A stretch of 26,603 nt of DNA from Candidatus Altarchaeum sp. (GTDB taxonomy: Archaea > Altiarchaeota > Altiarchaeia > Altiarchaeales > Altiarchaeaceae). The notes beneath the pieces were generated by a model. The model had not been told where the DNA came from, ran no database searches, and worked only from the letters and a program-made list of their open reading frames with translations. Each line of letters starts with the position of its first letter. The first letter of the stretch is position 1. A program made the translations under genes and the position numbers. Below, piece after piece: positions 26,205 to 26,603 of this stretch. The stretch lies in the NCBI GenBank assembly GCA_018260615.1, contig JAGWDQ010000117.1:1-26603 (forward strand). The letters run 5' to 3'.

Positions 26205-26550
26205 ATCTAACCTCGCTGTCGCAAAAATCTACAAGATTTTTGGGATATTCAAAAATGCTTGAAGCATTTTTGATATTGCTCGGAGATTTTCAAAACTCTC
26301 ACCTCGCTCCTGCTCGGAGATTTTCAAAACTCCGCGTTTTGAAAATGCGTTTTGAAAATCGCACAAAGACACGGAGACACAAAGGAGTTATCCTCTATGA
26401 CTTTGTGTCTTTTAAAAATTTCACAAATTTTTAAATCTCCGAACGGCAGTGAGGCGATTTAAAAATCAAGAGATTTTTAAAGATTGAAAATCTTACAGAT
26501 TTTCAGTATTTAAAAATCAACAGATTTTTAAAGATTGAAAACTCATTTCA
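26205..26550. repeat. Mosaic hairpin repeat block 4
   Basis: Reverse-complement copies of block 1 pieces. Core units at 26299-26324 (minus strand) and 26433-26460 (plus strand). Hairpin AGACACAAAG-N16-CTTTGTGTCT. An AAAGATTG/CAGTATTT linker-hairpin chain (26460-26545) is the inverse of block 3. Confidence 0.85.
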
Positions 26551-26603
26551 GTCCATTCCAAAATTTCGTTACCCGCAAACTTCAATAGATGCCAATATTT
26601 TTT

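Overview
AT-rich archaeal chromosomal window. The gatE gene, short archaeal-type tpiA, mfnA, the Methanococcus-type AAA ATPase and an SGC lipobox all point to an archaeon; an Altiarchaeota-like lineage is my guess and cannot be proven from this window. The left half (1-12.2 kb) mixes housekeeping genes (KamA-family radical SAM protein, CPA1 antiporter, mfnA, gatE, tpiA, gatC) with accessory genes (AbrB/PIN toxin-antitoxin pair, mini-lipoprotein, AAA ATPase, DUF3024-like ORF). The right half (12.2-25.9 kb) is a co-directional minus-strand cluster of three genes. The first is a 3283-aa all-helical protein built almost entirely of ~53-aa repeats, with a core of nine 263-aa (789-bp) units and no signal peptide or TM segment. 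The second is a 1153-aa membrane-anchored surface protein carrying a 180-aa module twice, each copy apparently nested in an Ig-like domain. The third is a disrupted small two-TM gene missed by the ORF track. Four intergenic regions carry an unusual mosaic repeat made of short A/T-stemmed hairpins joined by fixed linkers and a conserved ~28-bp core. Other hidden features are a dockerin-like remnant ORF, a direct repeat copying the ATPase start codon region onto its stop, a GC-rich three-way-junction candidate, and short tandem repeats in promoter regions. No tRNA, rRNA, CRISPR array or transposase was recognised.
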